This document shows, one piece after another, positions 41,020 through 54,200 of a DNA stretch of 64,000 nucleotides. The DNA is from Hydrolagus colliei (taxonomy: Eukaryota). The translations under genes and the position numbers were made by a program. The notes beneath the pieces were generated by a model. The model did no database searches, was not told where the DNA came from, and saw only the letters and a list, made by a program, of their open reading frames with translations. Numbering within the stretch: position 1 is the stretch's first letter; each line of letters opens with the position of its first letter. The DNA lies in assembly GCA_035084275.1 (NCBI GenBank), contig CM068754.1, positions 14,012,001 to 14,076,000 on the forward strand, in the 5' to 3' direction.

Positions 41020-41454
41020 TGTCCGGCTCTGTCGGTAGCATTCTTACCCTTGTGTCAGAAGATTATGAGTTCAAGCCCCCATGTCGGCACGTTGAAAACA
41101 CTTTGCCCTGTCTGACACTCCAATATAGTGATGAGGGAGAGCTGCATTGCTGTCCTTCAGATGAGTTGTTAAACTGAAGTCCCATGTGCCTGTTCAGGTA
41201 CGTGAACATTAATGATTCTGTGGCGCTATCCAGAGTGAAGACAGCTTCTCCCCATGACCTGGCCAACAATCCTCCAGATAAAATTGATCTTTCTTTCACT
41301 TCAAGAGAAGTGGAACATTACTGACTGAATGCAAACTGTCTGCCACACTTGCCTACAAAACACAATCACTGCATTTTACAGTGAAGGCTGAAGTGTTTTG
41401 AGACATTCACTTAATGTGAAAAGCACTATATTAAATACAACGATTATTATTATT
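41020..41454 (+). mobile_element. Near full-length Deu-domain SINE (SacSINE1-like, family B)
   Basis: Head ggtagcattcttacccttgtgtcagaagattatgagttcaagcccc, central gtccttcagatgagttgttaaactgaagtcccatgtgcctgttcagg...cctggccaacaatcc, and an L2-type tail. Matches the shark DeuSINE layout as I recall it. Confidence 0.8.
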
Positions 41455-42420
41455 ACAATTACCCATTATACCCAATAACATCACTTTGCAAAGGAGTCTC
41501 TCATGTGATACTGTACATTATCAAAGGCCTTTTAGACATTTAGGCGCTGTTGGACCTTCAGCATTCTGCATTCAGTGTCATCGTAAATAAAACTAAATTA
41601 ACATTACCGATCTTTAGGTTTGCTTGACTTGAATACAGCAATTCTACAGAGAACAGTTCTTCATTTGCTGGACTATGGATTTATAATTTGCATTATAATG
41701 GGGGAAAGGCTGTCAGATGAAAGGTCAGTCAGTACTAAGTAAGCCATTCCTTCTTGGATTTACAGGTGACATAAAAAGACACTAAAGCAGTTAGGGCCCT
41801 TAACTCTAGTGAAGAGAGTCATTGATAAGACATAACTCTCCATTCATCTAAAAAATGATTGACCAAAATACAAAGGGAAGTGACTGAATGTGCATCTTGC
41901 TAATGTTGGTGGCATTTCCTATTACTTAATCTAGTCATACCATTTACAGGAAATATCAACGTTTTTTTCTCCCTCTAAAAGCATATTAGTTCATAGCAAT
42001 CTCTGTGCTGATTTTCAGTAATTAGCACAAAATTCATTTGCATAAGTGAAATGAATTAATGTGGAATCCTTCAAGTGTAATTTAGCAACAGTTGGTAAGT
42101 CTGTTTTGATTTGATCTACAATGAAACAAAGTTAAGAATCAAGAAATCAAATATATTTTGAATGTTTTTACCTTTGTTTTATGTTCAGGTTTCTAACAAG
42201 TGACCCATTCTAATGAATATCGAAACAGTAAATAGGTTTTTATCATTTATGGGGGTTTGAGGAATATATCATTTCAGAAATCTAAAAACAACCATAGACT
42301 TTAACAATTGTCTTTAACATTTCATTCTATTTAATGCAATGTCATCATCTGCTGGTAGAGCATCAGTACTGCAGCAGCAAAGAGTCAATTCAACTTTGAT
42401 CTAAACTTTAAAAGATATTG

Positions 42421-42719
42421 ATAATAATCCTTGCGTTTGATATAGCACTTTTCATCTCTTTTAGACATCTCAAAGCACTTCACAGAATATACTGTACAGT
42501 GATTGTACATATGTGGGTGAAACGTGGCAGCCAGTTGCATACCGCAGTGTCCCATAAACAGTCATGGATTGAAATTACCAATTTATTATTGAGGTTTTTT
42601 GGAGGGATTTTTATTCGGCATGTGGAGTAAGGAAACTTGCTCAAGATTTCGCCCTGCCGGGAATCGAACCCAGGTCTCTCGCTTGTGGGACGAATTCTCT
42701 AACCACTGAGCTAAAGGAT
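42421..42719 (-). mobile_element. Full-length family A SINE
   Basis: Reverse-complement match to 3835-4147, with intact B-box ggttcgattcc and A-box tagctcagtgg. Confidence 0.93.
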
Positions 42720-43699
42720 GTGATGCCTCCTGACATAGATCATTCAAATCAGCAACACTCTCTCACTCCTAATCAGTAATAATACACAGAGGAACATACC
42801 GTAATATTTTAACATTTACTGTTTCGAAAGGGGTTTTTCACGTTACATTTTATTTAGTGTGTTTTCTTTTAGGTTGACCAAATCCTCTCATTCAAATGCT
42901 GGATTTTCAGACAGCAGAGATCAGATTGCTCGGGGAACCCAAATGCTGATTGACACAGTGTATCAAGTCAAGAATCTCCCAACCAGACCAAAGAGGAACA
43001 GCTCATAGAAACGCGTCGGTTTCCTGTCCGTTCATAAATCCGATCGCCGGAAGTCTAATGGTTGGGAGGGCAGGGAGTGGGGTGTGGGGGGAAATGAGAT
43101 GGTCTGGAGTAGAGCACTCCCACAAGTGCCCTATCACCAGCAGTTTAGTTGGTGGTATGCATCCTATTTCTGGCAGGGCAGTGGGGAGTCGGAAGCTAAT
43201 CCCTGGCGGGCAAGTGCTAAGCATGCACTTGATCCTTGACAGTCTTGTGATGTGTGTCTGATCCCCGACAATCTGCTGGAGACTAAGCGACTAATCTTTC
43301 CCAATCTACTAGTAGCTATGAACTTGAACCCTGCAGTCTGTAGGGGTGGGGGGGGTGGGGGTGGATATGTATATACTTGTTCATTGTGATGATATTGGTT
43401 AAAGCCTTGCTGGGGTGCACGATGAAATAAGCATTGGAATTCCACAAGGGTTTGTTCTGCTTCTAGTCCAACAATTATCTGCGTCAATAGTCCCCGAGAT
43501 CACATTGGTCTTTCACTTCATGGCTGTTTAAAGGACAATGCTGTGCACAATCTGACTGTTTCATTTACCTACAAAATATAGTCAGGTCACTCTACTATAA
43601 ATCCACCGAAATGCTCTTTGAGACATTTTAACAAAGCGATAAGCTGCTGTAACAAATGCAAGGATTATTATTGTAGTGGCGACGATCAGACTACTCTGA

Positions 43700-43853
43700 A
43701 TAAATTGGACAAGAGGCTTTGGGGGAAATACTTGTGATGACCCTAACAATGATGACTACATAATTGATGTAAAAAAATACAATTCAAGAAGATCTGGAAC
43801 TGTTAAATAGATAGATTATGTAGTGGCATGTAGATATTAATGTAAATATAAAG
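43700..43853 (+). mobile_element. Degenerate CR1 RT fragment abutting a SINE
   Basis: Translates to IQEDLELLNR*IM*WHVDINVN, resembling CR1 LQxDLDxLxxWxxxWQMxFN. Confidence 0.55.
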
Positions 43854-44164
43854 TAATAATAATAGTAATCCTTGCATTTGATATAGCGCTTTTCACATCT
43901 TCTAGATGTCTCAAAGTGCTTCACAGAATATACTGTAAAGTGAATTGACTTTATTATTTATGGGCGAAATGTGGCAGCAGTATCCCACAAACAGTCAAGG
44001 ATTGAAATGACCATTTTATTATTGTGTTTTTGGGGGGGAGGGATTATTATTATGGCGTGCGGAGTAAGGAAACTTGCCCAAGGTTTCGCCCCGACCTCCC
44101 TGGGTATGAACACAGGTCTCATGTTTGTAAGGCCAGTGCTCCAACCACTGAGCTACAGGACTCC
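43854..44164 (-). mobile_element. Full-length family A SINE
   Basis: Reverse-complement match to the family along its whole length. Confidence 0.93.
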
Positions 44165-45640
44165 ACCATACTTTGTAATATGTATACACAGCAAGCATAA
44201 TGAAAGATATTATTAGAGCCATAAGATAATAATGTATAAGATAATAATGTAGGTAGAACATTCTCCCAAAATGCAGAGTAAATGGAAAGGAATCTACACA
44301 AAGAGAATCTGCATTCTCTGTGGTAGGATAGAGTGACCACACATCCCCGATTTTTTTGAATAAGGCATTGTGTTTATAGCCAAATTTGGTGTCTTGAGTT
44401 CAGCAAGTGAGTAAGAACAAAAAATTGCAAAACGCATACACTCATCAGAGAACTACAGCCATTAACCCAACAAACTTCTCCAGGACTGCCAGCATCATGG
44501 TTTTGTGGTGAGATTTGTTTTATGTGTATTCCCAGATTTGGTTTACAAAATAGTTACCCTATGGTAAGAACAAACTTTATGGCCTGAACAGTCTTTGCTT
44601 GTTCCATTTCCTCCCAATACAGTATTCTTTACAGTCACTATTTTTTCCAATGTTGCATTTTTAACGTTTGTTACTTTGCCTGAGGGATCTTTGTGTACTA
44701 TTGGAAGAAGGTATAATCAGCTGTTTCAATCTACTTTTTTATGCAGGTTATAGGTTGATGATAATCATTGGTTGAGAGCAGAACAGAGCTCTGTACAGAC
44801 GTGATGCAACAAATATAATGTGGGAAAAGTCCATTTGAGTATCTGGCTACTGATTAGTCATGCCTTGTAAGTTGGTTGTCGACCAGTCTTGAATCCAGTT
44901 ACATTAACCAAATTAACCATTTCAACATGTGTATTTACATCTGGTCCAACATGGATTAACTACAGTATGCTTGGAAAACAATTCAGGACATTGAATTTTG
45001 CAATCCACAATGCATATACAACATTAGATACGTTGATGCATACTTAAAGGAATCACTAACATAGGTATGGCAGGCAGAGGCAGATTATAGCCTTGTTCAA
45101 AGGCTGGGAGTGTTTCTGTTCTTTCCATCATTCAATTTTAAACGTGCTTCAGGCAAAATTGAATCTCCAGAAAGCAATTTCTTTAGAAGTATTCAGATAC
45201 TACATGCAGGATTAACAGTCATGCAACTATAATTATACTACATTTCAGAAATGGACTTTTAAAATTCACTGAATGACAAGTACAGTGACAGCTCTCAGAG
45301 AGAAATCTTTAAAATCTCCTCATTTTCAGATGGATTCAATGCTTCTGATCCTGGAGGTAAAAGGTTATTGTATTAATAAGCCACAGCAGGTCTTTCCAGA
45401 TAGCACAACTTTCAACAAGTGGTATAACTGCGTTAATGTCTCCAGTGGTTGATTGTGAAACTTCTCAACAGACAACAGTTTGCACGTCCTGGCTGATTGA
45501 AAGCAATTTTGCAAAGTTTTAATATCACATGCGACAATTTACATTTATACAGCACCGTTCACGTCTGGAGAAGATCTGGTAGCATCTCACAGAACTGACT
45601 GGGACTTATGCAAAAAGATACACAAGTTTAATGCAACAAA

Positions 45641-45845
45641 ATAATATTAATAATCCTTGCATTTGATATAACACATTATCATGTCTGAGACATCACAAAG
45701 ACATCACTTTACAGAATATACTGTAAAGTGAATTGGCCATACGTGTTGGGTGAAACGCAGCACCCAATTGCGGACAGCAGTTCCCCACGAACATTTGTGG
45801 ATTGAAGTGACCAATTTATTATTGTTATTTTTGAAGGAGTTATTT
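45641..45845 (-). mobile_element. Truncated family A SINE; other tail fragments at about 3039-3105(-), 11460-11533(+), 34857-34925(-), 55144-55251(-) and 63372-63530(-)
   Basis: taatccttgcatttgatata...ctgtaaagtgaattg matches the family tail. Confidence 0.85.
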
Positions 45846-47280
45846 TAAACGTTCAGAGACAATGTTCCAAGGGAACTTTTTAACTCCTTTTGAGTAAACA
45901 AATGAACTAGGTCGATGAAGCTGAGGGAGCATTGCAACACAGATCTGTTTAACAGTCTTACAGAGCATCTTTTGGACAACAAGTCCTTTGTGTATGTACA
46001 GTATTACTGACACCTTTACCAAATCCAAAAATAGTAACTACAGTGTTACAAGTAAAGGAAATCACACTAAAGGTGGTGAGAAACAGAAAAATAAAATACA
46101 CCTCATGACATTTTGATAACACCCCTGCAAGCTATAACCTTCTTCGTGAATTGTAACTCAAAATTGTTACTTTGCAAAGCAATTTATTATCCACTAGTAT
46201 ACTTTATATGACTAGTTTTACGGACCAATCTATTAATAAAAGTAATGATAACACTTGCATTCGAACACGTCACTGGATTTTAATGTAAATGTTCTTAACC
46301 CTATATTTGCAGTGACTGAATTTGTAAGCAAACTAAGTAAATAGATGCTTGATTACAATCAAGCATTACATTGTTTCCATCAAATAGAAGATACAAGCGC
46401 TTCAAAAATTAGCAATCATTGTTTACGCTGCATAAAATTTTCAATGAATTTTTAACCTCAATTTTCTAATCATAATTTATGGCTGTTGGTTTAAAATTGG
46501 AATCATAGTTTGAGGTGAGCAAAAAGCAGTGACTTCACTTTATTAGTCTTCAATAATTTTAAATTCAGTTATTATGACCAAATGTAACTGAACATTTGTG
46601 CTGTGCATAATTTTTTTAAAAAAAACAGAAGTCAGAAGTTCAGACACGTAAAGCAGGAAAATAGAGAGGAAAATAGAAAGGAAAAATAGATAATCAAGAA
46701 TTTAGAATCATGAAGATTTCAGAAGGAAACTGGAGAATGGGGATGTAAAGAATTCAACAGCTTTGTGGAATTAGGCTTAAGAATGAAGGTGTTTAATTTA
46801 ACAATAGTAGACAGTGCTATGAATCTTGATTTTATATAGCAAAGATGAGAATGAAGGAACAATATATACAGTAATTTGGATCTTTTGAGGCACAATTAGG
46901 AATGAAATGGTATGAGGAAACTTTTATTTACATTAGGACATATAGTACCTGATAAACTGATTAATAATGTTAATGTAGAGGTGTACAGCGGGAAACACCT
47001 GACAAAATTTCCCCCCCACATGCTATGATGAATGGTACATAACAGAAAGCTGGACTATGTGAACAACCAGTCTTTGTATATTTACTCACTTGTGAACTGA
47101 GCAGATGTTGCCTCTCTCAATGTGTGTGAAAGCTCCACAACAAACCTTTGATCAGCTGGGGTATAATGAGTTTCTAGCTATTTTCTTTTCATCGTGGGCC
47201 CTCGTCCTTTGTAACAGTAAAAATAAATTCTGCAGTGTGAAAATGAATACAATAGCCCTCTGAAAACAAATGTTCTGGGC

Positions 47281-47286
47281 TTTATT
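47281..47286 (-). promoter_or_regulatory. Candidate polyadenylation signal AATAAA for IDS
   Basis: First AATAAA I found on the minus strand, about 520 nt after the stop codon. Further candidates lie near 46923 and 46539. Confidence 0.45.
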
Positions 47287-47807
47287 TTAACAAAGTGCAG
47301 AAAATGCATACTTTTTAACTTTTCAACCTAAAATTAAATGACACAAGATTTTTTGTGAAAGAAATACAACATTTTTTCAATTAAAAAATTTATCAGTTAG
47401 TTTTACTTCTTTGATTCTCCAGCAGGGGTCAGACCGAAAGCCAAGATTAGTCTGTGCACAGTCTGATAATTTGTCTGAAATCTCAGCTGAGATTTAAAAG
47501 GTTCCAGTTGGTTGAGTCCGAAACCACAAGTGGAAGCAAATGTCCATAGTTTAGTGGTATTACAGCTAGTTAATAATGACATACAAAAAACAGCAATATT
47601 TTAGAGGGCTTTAGTAGTGTCTATAGCATGAAGAAACCCATGCTTAAGGCTTACCTAAGTTCCTTTTCCAAAACAAAAGGAGTGGACAAAAGTTAGGCAT
47701 CCCTAAATAAGGCAATCTCAGTCCTTACATTGGTCTTAAATCAAACTGTTGGCTATAAAAACAGTGCAAGTTGGCCCGTCTTAAATTCTCATGTTAAATG
47801 AAGTACA

Positions 47808-48271
47808 TCAAGTTTTGAGAAAAGTTGAAAATGTTTGGAGAACATCAGCATATTCAGCGTTGTGATACAAGTTGTGATCCTGACCCGGATCGAGTTTGTA
47901 AAGATACAGCTCTCCTGCGTGAACATCGCTGAGATTGGCAGTAAAAGTGGATGGATTAAACCCAACCCACACTGTGTACCTGTAGTCATAAGAACGGATG
48001 GAGTACCCCATGACTTGAATGTCCTTCAGATCAGGGAGGTCAGAGTTCCACTGAGGTGTATCCGCTGGACGTGGGTATTGGCTGAAGGCCATTGTTTCGC
48101 GATCAACGTACGACACGCTGTAGTTTAAGTAGTAGGCAATGCTTTCCCCCTCGGTGCACAATTCAATGTCAAAAGACGTTTCAGGACAGGTCAGTGGAAC
48201 AGAGAACCCGACCAGCTCACAGAGGGTTGGGAACAGATCTATCAATTCCACGTTATCTTCACGTTTTAATT
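47808..48271 (-). CDS. IDS: IDS last coding exon ([16 protein letters not shown]...TFSTFLKT*)
   Basis: Lies within ORF 47808..48290. Acceptor cattgcag, TGA stop at 47810-47808. Confidence 0.98.
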
Positions 48272-51200
48272 CTGCAATGAAACCGGGCAATAAGTGAATC
48301 TATTGCATGATACAGTTGCAGCAAATTGCAATTGCTTTTCGAACCTTTTGAAACTTTGTGGCCTCTTTTTTAACATATATCAAGCTGAGATAATTTTAAA
48401 GTAAAACATGTTCGCCTACCTGCAGACTGCTTCCATTCTCTGCTATCGAAGGGATTAATAAATGGAAATATCCTCTCACTGGGGAGGGCGAATGGAGAAG
48501 TCAACCCTGGCACATAGAACATCAAAGGTACACGAGTGGCTACATCAAAGTTGCTGTATTTAGCCCATTCTCCATGTTCTCCCAGTGACCAACCTAAAGA
48601 ACGAAATCAGAAAGGAGAAATTGACTTCACACTCTCTGAGAACAATTTCACATCGATCAGAGCGTGATTATGGCAATGAATCCACAGCCAGAAAAGAGCA
48701 GAAATGCATTGGTTATCATCACCATAGGTTGTCCTCTTCCAATTGAGGGTCTATGTTTGGGTTCAAATTTGCTACAGTAACAGTCATTGTAGATGTTCAA
48801 AAATGTGTCTGGATGGATAATAGGCCATTGAGACAGTCAACACAAGTCTATATGTTCTGGTCTGACCTTTTAGGTAAACCAGTTTAGAAGAGGGACCTTA
48901 TCTACATTAATCCTGTAAGCCACCTCAAGCAGTACAGAGATGAATACTACAAGTTCTGCATATAAGCGGCAACTTTATCATGCCAATAAAAACCAACATG
49001 GGAATGTGCCATAGCAACCAATATCTGGAAAATGAACAATTCAGCTCGCCTTATGGGAAAAAAGGTCTACTGAAGCAGGAGTATTGAGTGAATTGGATTT
49101 ATCTTCCCAAAATGAACTGCATACGAGCTTCAAGACTAATAATAATCCCTTAAAAAACAACACAATCATAAAATTGGTTATTTCAATCCTTGACTGTTTA
49201 TGGGACAGTGCTGTGTGCAATTGGCTGCCGCATTTCACTCACAAATATACAGTCAATTCACTTTTACAGTATTTTCTGTGAAGCGCTTTGAGATGTCTAG
49301 AAGACGTGAAAAGCGCTATACCAAATGCAAGGATTACTATTATTATTAAGACTAAAATACATTTAAGACAGTGATGACTAACATTTGACCACTGGCATAC
49401 AAATATGAAGGAACATTTTACTCTATGCAAAGCAATATGAACCTATTTGTAAACTCAGTAAAATTGTAAATATATACACATACCATGGTCAGAAGTAAAC
49501 ACGACAATTGTATCATTTGCTAGACCCAGTTCATCCAGAGTAGAGAGTAGATAGCCAATTTGCACGTCAATGTAAGTGACTGCAGCGAAGTAGCTTTGGC
49601 GAATAAGTACCTATGAGATGTAAGGAATTAGATGAACAAAACAAGCTGTTAACCTTCCTATCTAAACATACCTTTAGATTTCAAGGTTTATTTTTCCCAT
49701 ATACTGGGCTGTTCAGTACAGAAGTCTTGTTGGTATCTCAAAAGCAAGATTATTAGAATCAAAGGCGATAAGTTTTAAACTACTCACACCACTACATTAT
49801 CCCAATATTTCCGACTATGAAAGCAAGAATTATTAGGATCAATGTATGTGAGCAGTTAAACTTTAATATCCAAACACATTCTTTGGATAAAGACAACACC
49901 CCTGAAACTAGGTTTAGGACACTTAATTCATTGATTGCTGTGTGAAATTGGCTGTCACATTTTGCCCACAAGATATACAGTCACTACACTTTACAATATA
50001 TTCTGTGAAGCACTTTGAGACAACTCAACACTTGATAAGGCACTAAGTCAAATGCAAGAGTGATTATTATTACAACTTTGTTACTTAACAGTGCCATTGA
50101 ATTGAAGTGGCTGGAGAATTCCACTTTGCCAACCAAGTACAATATGCAAATATTAAGCAACAAGTGATTTTTTATATTTAAAAATTTTTACCTAGTATTT
50201 TTTCCCCTCACACTTTGAAGCATCTTTATGAATTAGAATTGTACAATACATGTCAATTTAGAATATTACGGAAAAGCTTGAGTTGTGTCCAGCTAAAGAG
50301 AATTCAATTCAGTTACTCAGAGGTAGTAAATAAGGAAAGGGAACACATTAATGACTGTTGCTTATTGAAATTTACAAGCAAGTTCAGTTCTCTGCTAAAA
50401 TCTTAAATCATTTACTTCAGTGCGTAAAGAAAGCTGCTTCTCATTTTAAAATGTAAAATATACATACCTGAAAGTCATCAGGAATGGGTCCATATGGAAA
50501 ACTTAGGTTCAGTGCCTGCACATCATCTCTTTTTCTAAGATCAGTCCATGGGTTATACGCCACTGGGGGAAGTTTTGGTGGTATTTGGGGATCTGGTGCG
50601 AGAGGAATTTCTTCCCGTGGATACAATTTCAAAAATTCCTAAATGCAAAATAACATTGCACATGATTTACGGAGCTGGTTTTAAGAAAGTTCTTGGAAAT
50701 CCGAAAGCAGTTCTATATACTCACACAATCACAGTTCAACGTTTGAAACGTGAAGTCGCATTTACTTTGCAAATGGCCATTAGCCAAAGTGAAAAGGCAA
50801 TTAAAATGGGAGAGAATCCACACAATTCTTATACTGTACTTGCACAATTGAAAGATAATACACTGACATTTTCTTCTTACACAAAAGTGTGTTTGCATCT
50901 AACCTGCTGCCACCCAACATCGGTTTCTATTTTACTGCAGGTGGTTGTCTAAGGTGTTGAGGTTTCACAAACACACCGAGACTCAGAAGTTGGCAATATA
51001 TTCCAAGAGTGGTTTGAATTTTTTTTTAGTACAAAAACTAGAATGAGCTCACTAGTGCTTAAGAGTGTTCATCATAAGTTTCCACACCCAAATGGAAAGA
51101 TCACGCAATTACTGTTCATTGCTGTTTGGACAAGGCAAGGTTGGTCGCTTACCAGTCTAATGTTTTACAACATTGGATGTTGATCCTTCCCAAATGCACT

Positions 51201-54200
51201 CGCCTGGATTGTACAATCCTATTCTTACCTGAGGATATTTCAATGGAATGTGCGGTTTATGGTAGCCGACAGCCAAAAAGAAGGGTTGTTTGGTATTTTT
51301 CATGCTCTTCATTAACTTAATTGCCTCCTCAGTACTTTGTATATCAGGCAGTGTCTGTTCTGGCATTTCCTCAACGTTCACTGGACAAACCAAGTTAGCA
51401 TGTTTTTCACCATCTGGGCCTTTGCAGACCTGACCAAACAGAAGCCTAGTTAATAAAGTTAGTGATTTACCAATATTCAATATTGAACGTACCATTGCAG
51501 CTGATCAGTTGAACTATTAACAATTCATTTTTGCAGTTTGGAGCCTTAAATGTGACTTAAATGTCACTTTTCAACCCATTCAAAACAGAGCCTTTTGATT
51601 TGAGAGTCTGTTGGGTAAAAATTATTATTCTAAGATCCGAAAATTGATCTCTTTTTGATAGGAAAATATGGCCCATTCGTCTATAGAGAGGCTGAGCTCT
51701 TTTATAAGTGTAAACCCAATCCGCTGAGGTCTTGAGGACTGTGTCACCCAACCCTCCTTCTGAGACAGCGATTTGGGACAAGCTGAAAGTGCACGCACGC
51801 ACTGAGAGAGACAAGAGCTCAGCATATCAGAGCCAGTAAAAGCAATCAAAACCTTTTAGGGGGGAATGACAGAAAATTTAAGAAAATGATAACGGAGCAA
51901 TTTCTGAATTAAAATTCGCTATCTTGTCTGTTTCTCATGATCAACGTGTGCAATTGGGTTGTTCTGTCTAGCAAGGCCATTAATGTAGAGTTCCAATTCT
52001 TCCATATTGCTAAAACCTTGCAGCTACACAGACCTAATCAACTACTGTTAACGTATAACGATTTAGAAATTTGGTCAGTACCTTAGCATTTCTATATTTC
52101 TCAGTTGAAGGATGAAACGGTCGAGTAGACCAGCTGTATGGATAATCATCAGTGTGGTTGGACACAATCCCTGGAAGAGGAAGAACATTTCAGTTAACAA
52201 GTGTCAGTATGATTCAACATTTTGCTTGTCCACAGAAAGCCGAGACCAATTGATCCTTTGACGCAACAGAGTTTTTAAATATTTGATTAACATCGGCTGT
52301 AGTCCTACCTGGATGAAAGATTTTTCCTACAGACATGGTTAAGTAACCATTCTCCTTGAAGTACTGAGGAAGTGTGGTATAGTTCCCAGCATGGGTCCTC
52401 CAGTAAGACTTAACGTCAAAGAGTCTAGTTGTATCAGGTCGACGGCTGGTTAAAAATGATGTCCTACTGGGTCCACATAGAGCTTGCTAAAATAGAGTGA
52501 TTTTTTTTTTAAAGCCACACTTTATCATTCATAAAATGTGCATTAACAATTCTCCGATCAAAACATTATCCTAATTTACATAAGATTGATTTGCAACACC
52601 ATTTAATTGTACATACCTTTTTTAAAAAATACATCCAAGCTAAACTGAGTTCTGTGCTTTCATTTACGCTCCCATATTCAAGCAAAAAGATCTTGAGATA
52701 TTATCCACAAAAATGTCAATTACACAGAAAAAAAATGTTTAATGCTCATTTCACTGGTTTTTACTTCTTCTAATAAAATTCAATGAAGGGGTTTTGAAAA
52801 TAATGAAAATTGCAAGTTCTGGTAATCTAGGATGATCATCTGTGTCTAATGAAATCACAAGATTATGGATGTATAAATGTACGGCATACTAGAATTTTCA
52901 CTAGGCGAACACAGAAAGGATTACGGCAAGGCAAAAGCTTGGGCAGGTTTCTTTATTCCACATGCCTGATAATAATCCCTCAAGAAACAAAAATTAATTG
53001 GTCACTTCCATCCATGACTTTCCAAACAGTGTTTGTGGGACACTGCTGTGCACAATTGGCTGCCACATGTTGCCCACAAACATACAGTCAATTCACTTTA
53101 CAGTGTATTCTGTGAAGCGCTTTGGGACGTCGATAAAATGTGAAAAGTGCTATATCAAATGCAAGGATTATATTATTATATACTTACTTGGGCAAATGCG
53201 TTTTTGAAAAGAGCACTCCTGGAGGCAAGTTGGTCAATGTTTGGTGATTTGACTACCTGATCTCCGTAACATCCCAAGGTCGTACGCAGGTCGTCGGCAA
53301 CGATGAGGAGCACGTTTGACTTCTCTGCAGAGAAAAGATTGTCAGACCTTCAATATGCCTTGTTTTAAAGATCCAGTTCCTCTGATTAAAGCCTGTAAAA
53401 AAAATGAACTGTCCTTGTTAACTCAGCAGCAGCAACAACTGTTGAGAACATTAATCTCTCGGCCGAATGGTGACGTAAAATGCAATGAAGAAGCTCCTTT
53501 ATCAACTCATAGTTGTAATTGAGTTGATTAAATAACTGACTGACTGAAGAGAAGGAAGCAGGGAATTGTTATCAGCAGATCACTGGCAAATTAAGTTAAG
53601 TGAGGACAGATGCAATAGTTTCATAAAGGAACTACTGAAGTTCCTCTTAGCTAGAGGCTTTTGTGTCATATGGTTGAAATTCTGCTAGATGTTTCCCATA
53701 GTGGGATTGACAATGCAAATGGAATTTCCCCAATAATAATCACATTACCAAAGCCACTGTGCAAAACACCGGGTGAAATTTCAGCCAAATTGGATTCAGA
53801 GATGCACACAAGATTGGTTTGTACGAAAAGGGCTCTTTGACCCTATCTGATCTCATCTCTCCAAAACAAGCACCCTACCGTCCTCCCACCGCACCAACCG
53901 CTAAAGGCTAGATAAACAACAAAATTACTTTTGTACAGCGCGTTTCACGTGGGGAGGACGTCCCAGGGCGCTGGACAGTCAGTGTGTCGGACCTGAGCTG
54001 GGGTTGGGATCTGGGAGGGTGGAGGGAAGAAAGGGCGGCCGATGGCACGGTCAAAGAGGGGGTTCTTGAGGTGGGACTTGGAAGGAGGAGGTTGGGGGGC
54101 AAACAGAGGCATGTGGAGTAAGCAAACTGGCCTGAGTTATCGACCCGGCAAAGTACCTCCAAGAAAGGAGAGGCAAAGTACATTTTAAAATTGTACATTT

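Noticed and set aside
439-47000. Many 60-137 aa ORFs in the supplied track
   Set aside because: Many start at GTG/TTG and I recognise no domains in them. Several are SINE/LINE or microsatellite translations. This is expected noise in vertebrate intergenic DNA.
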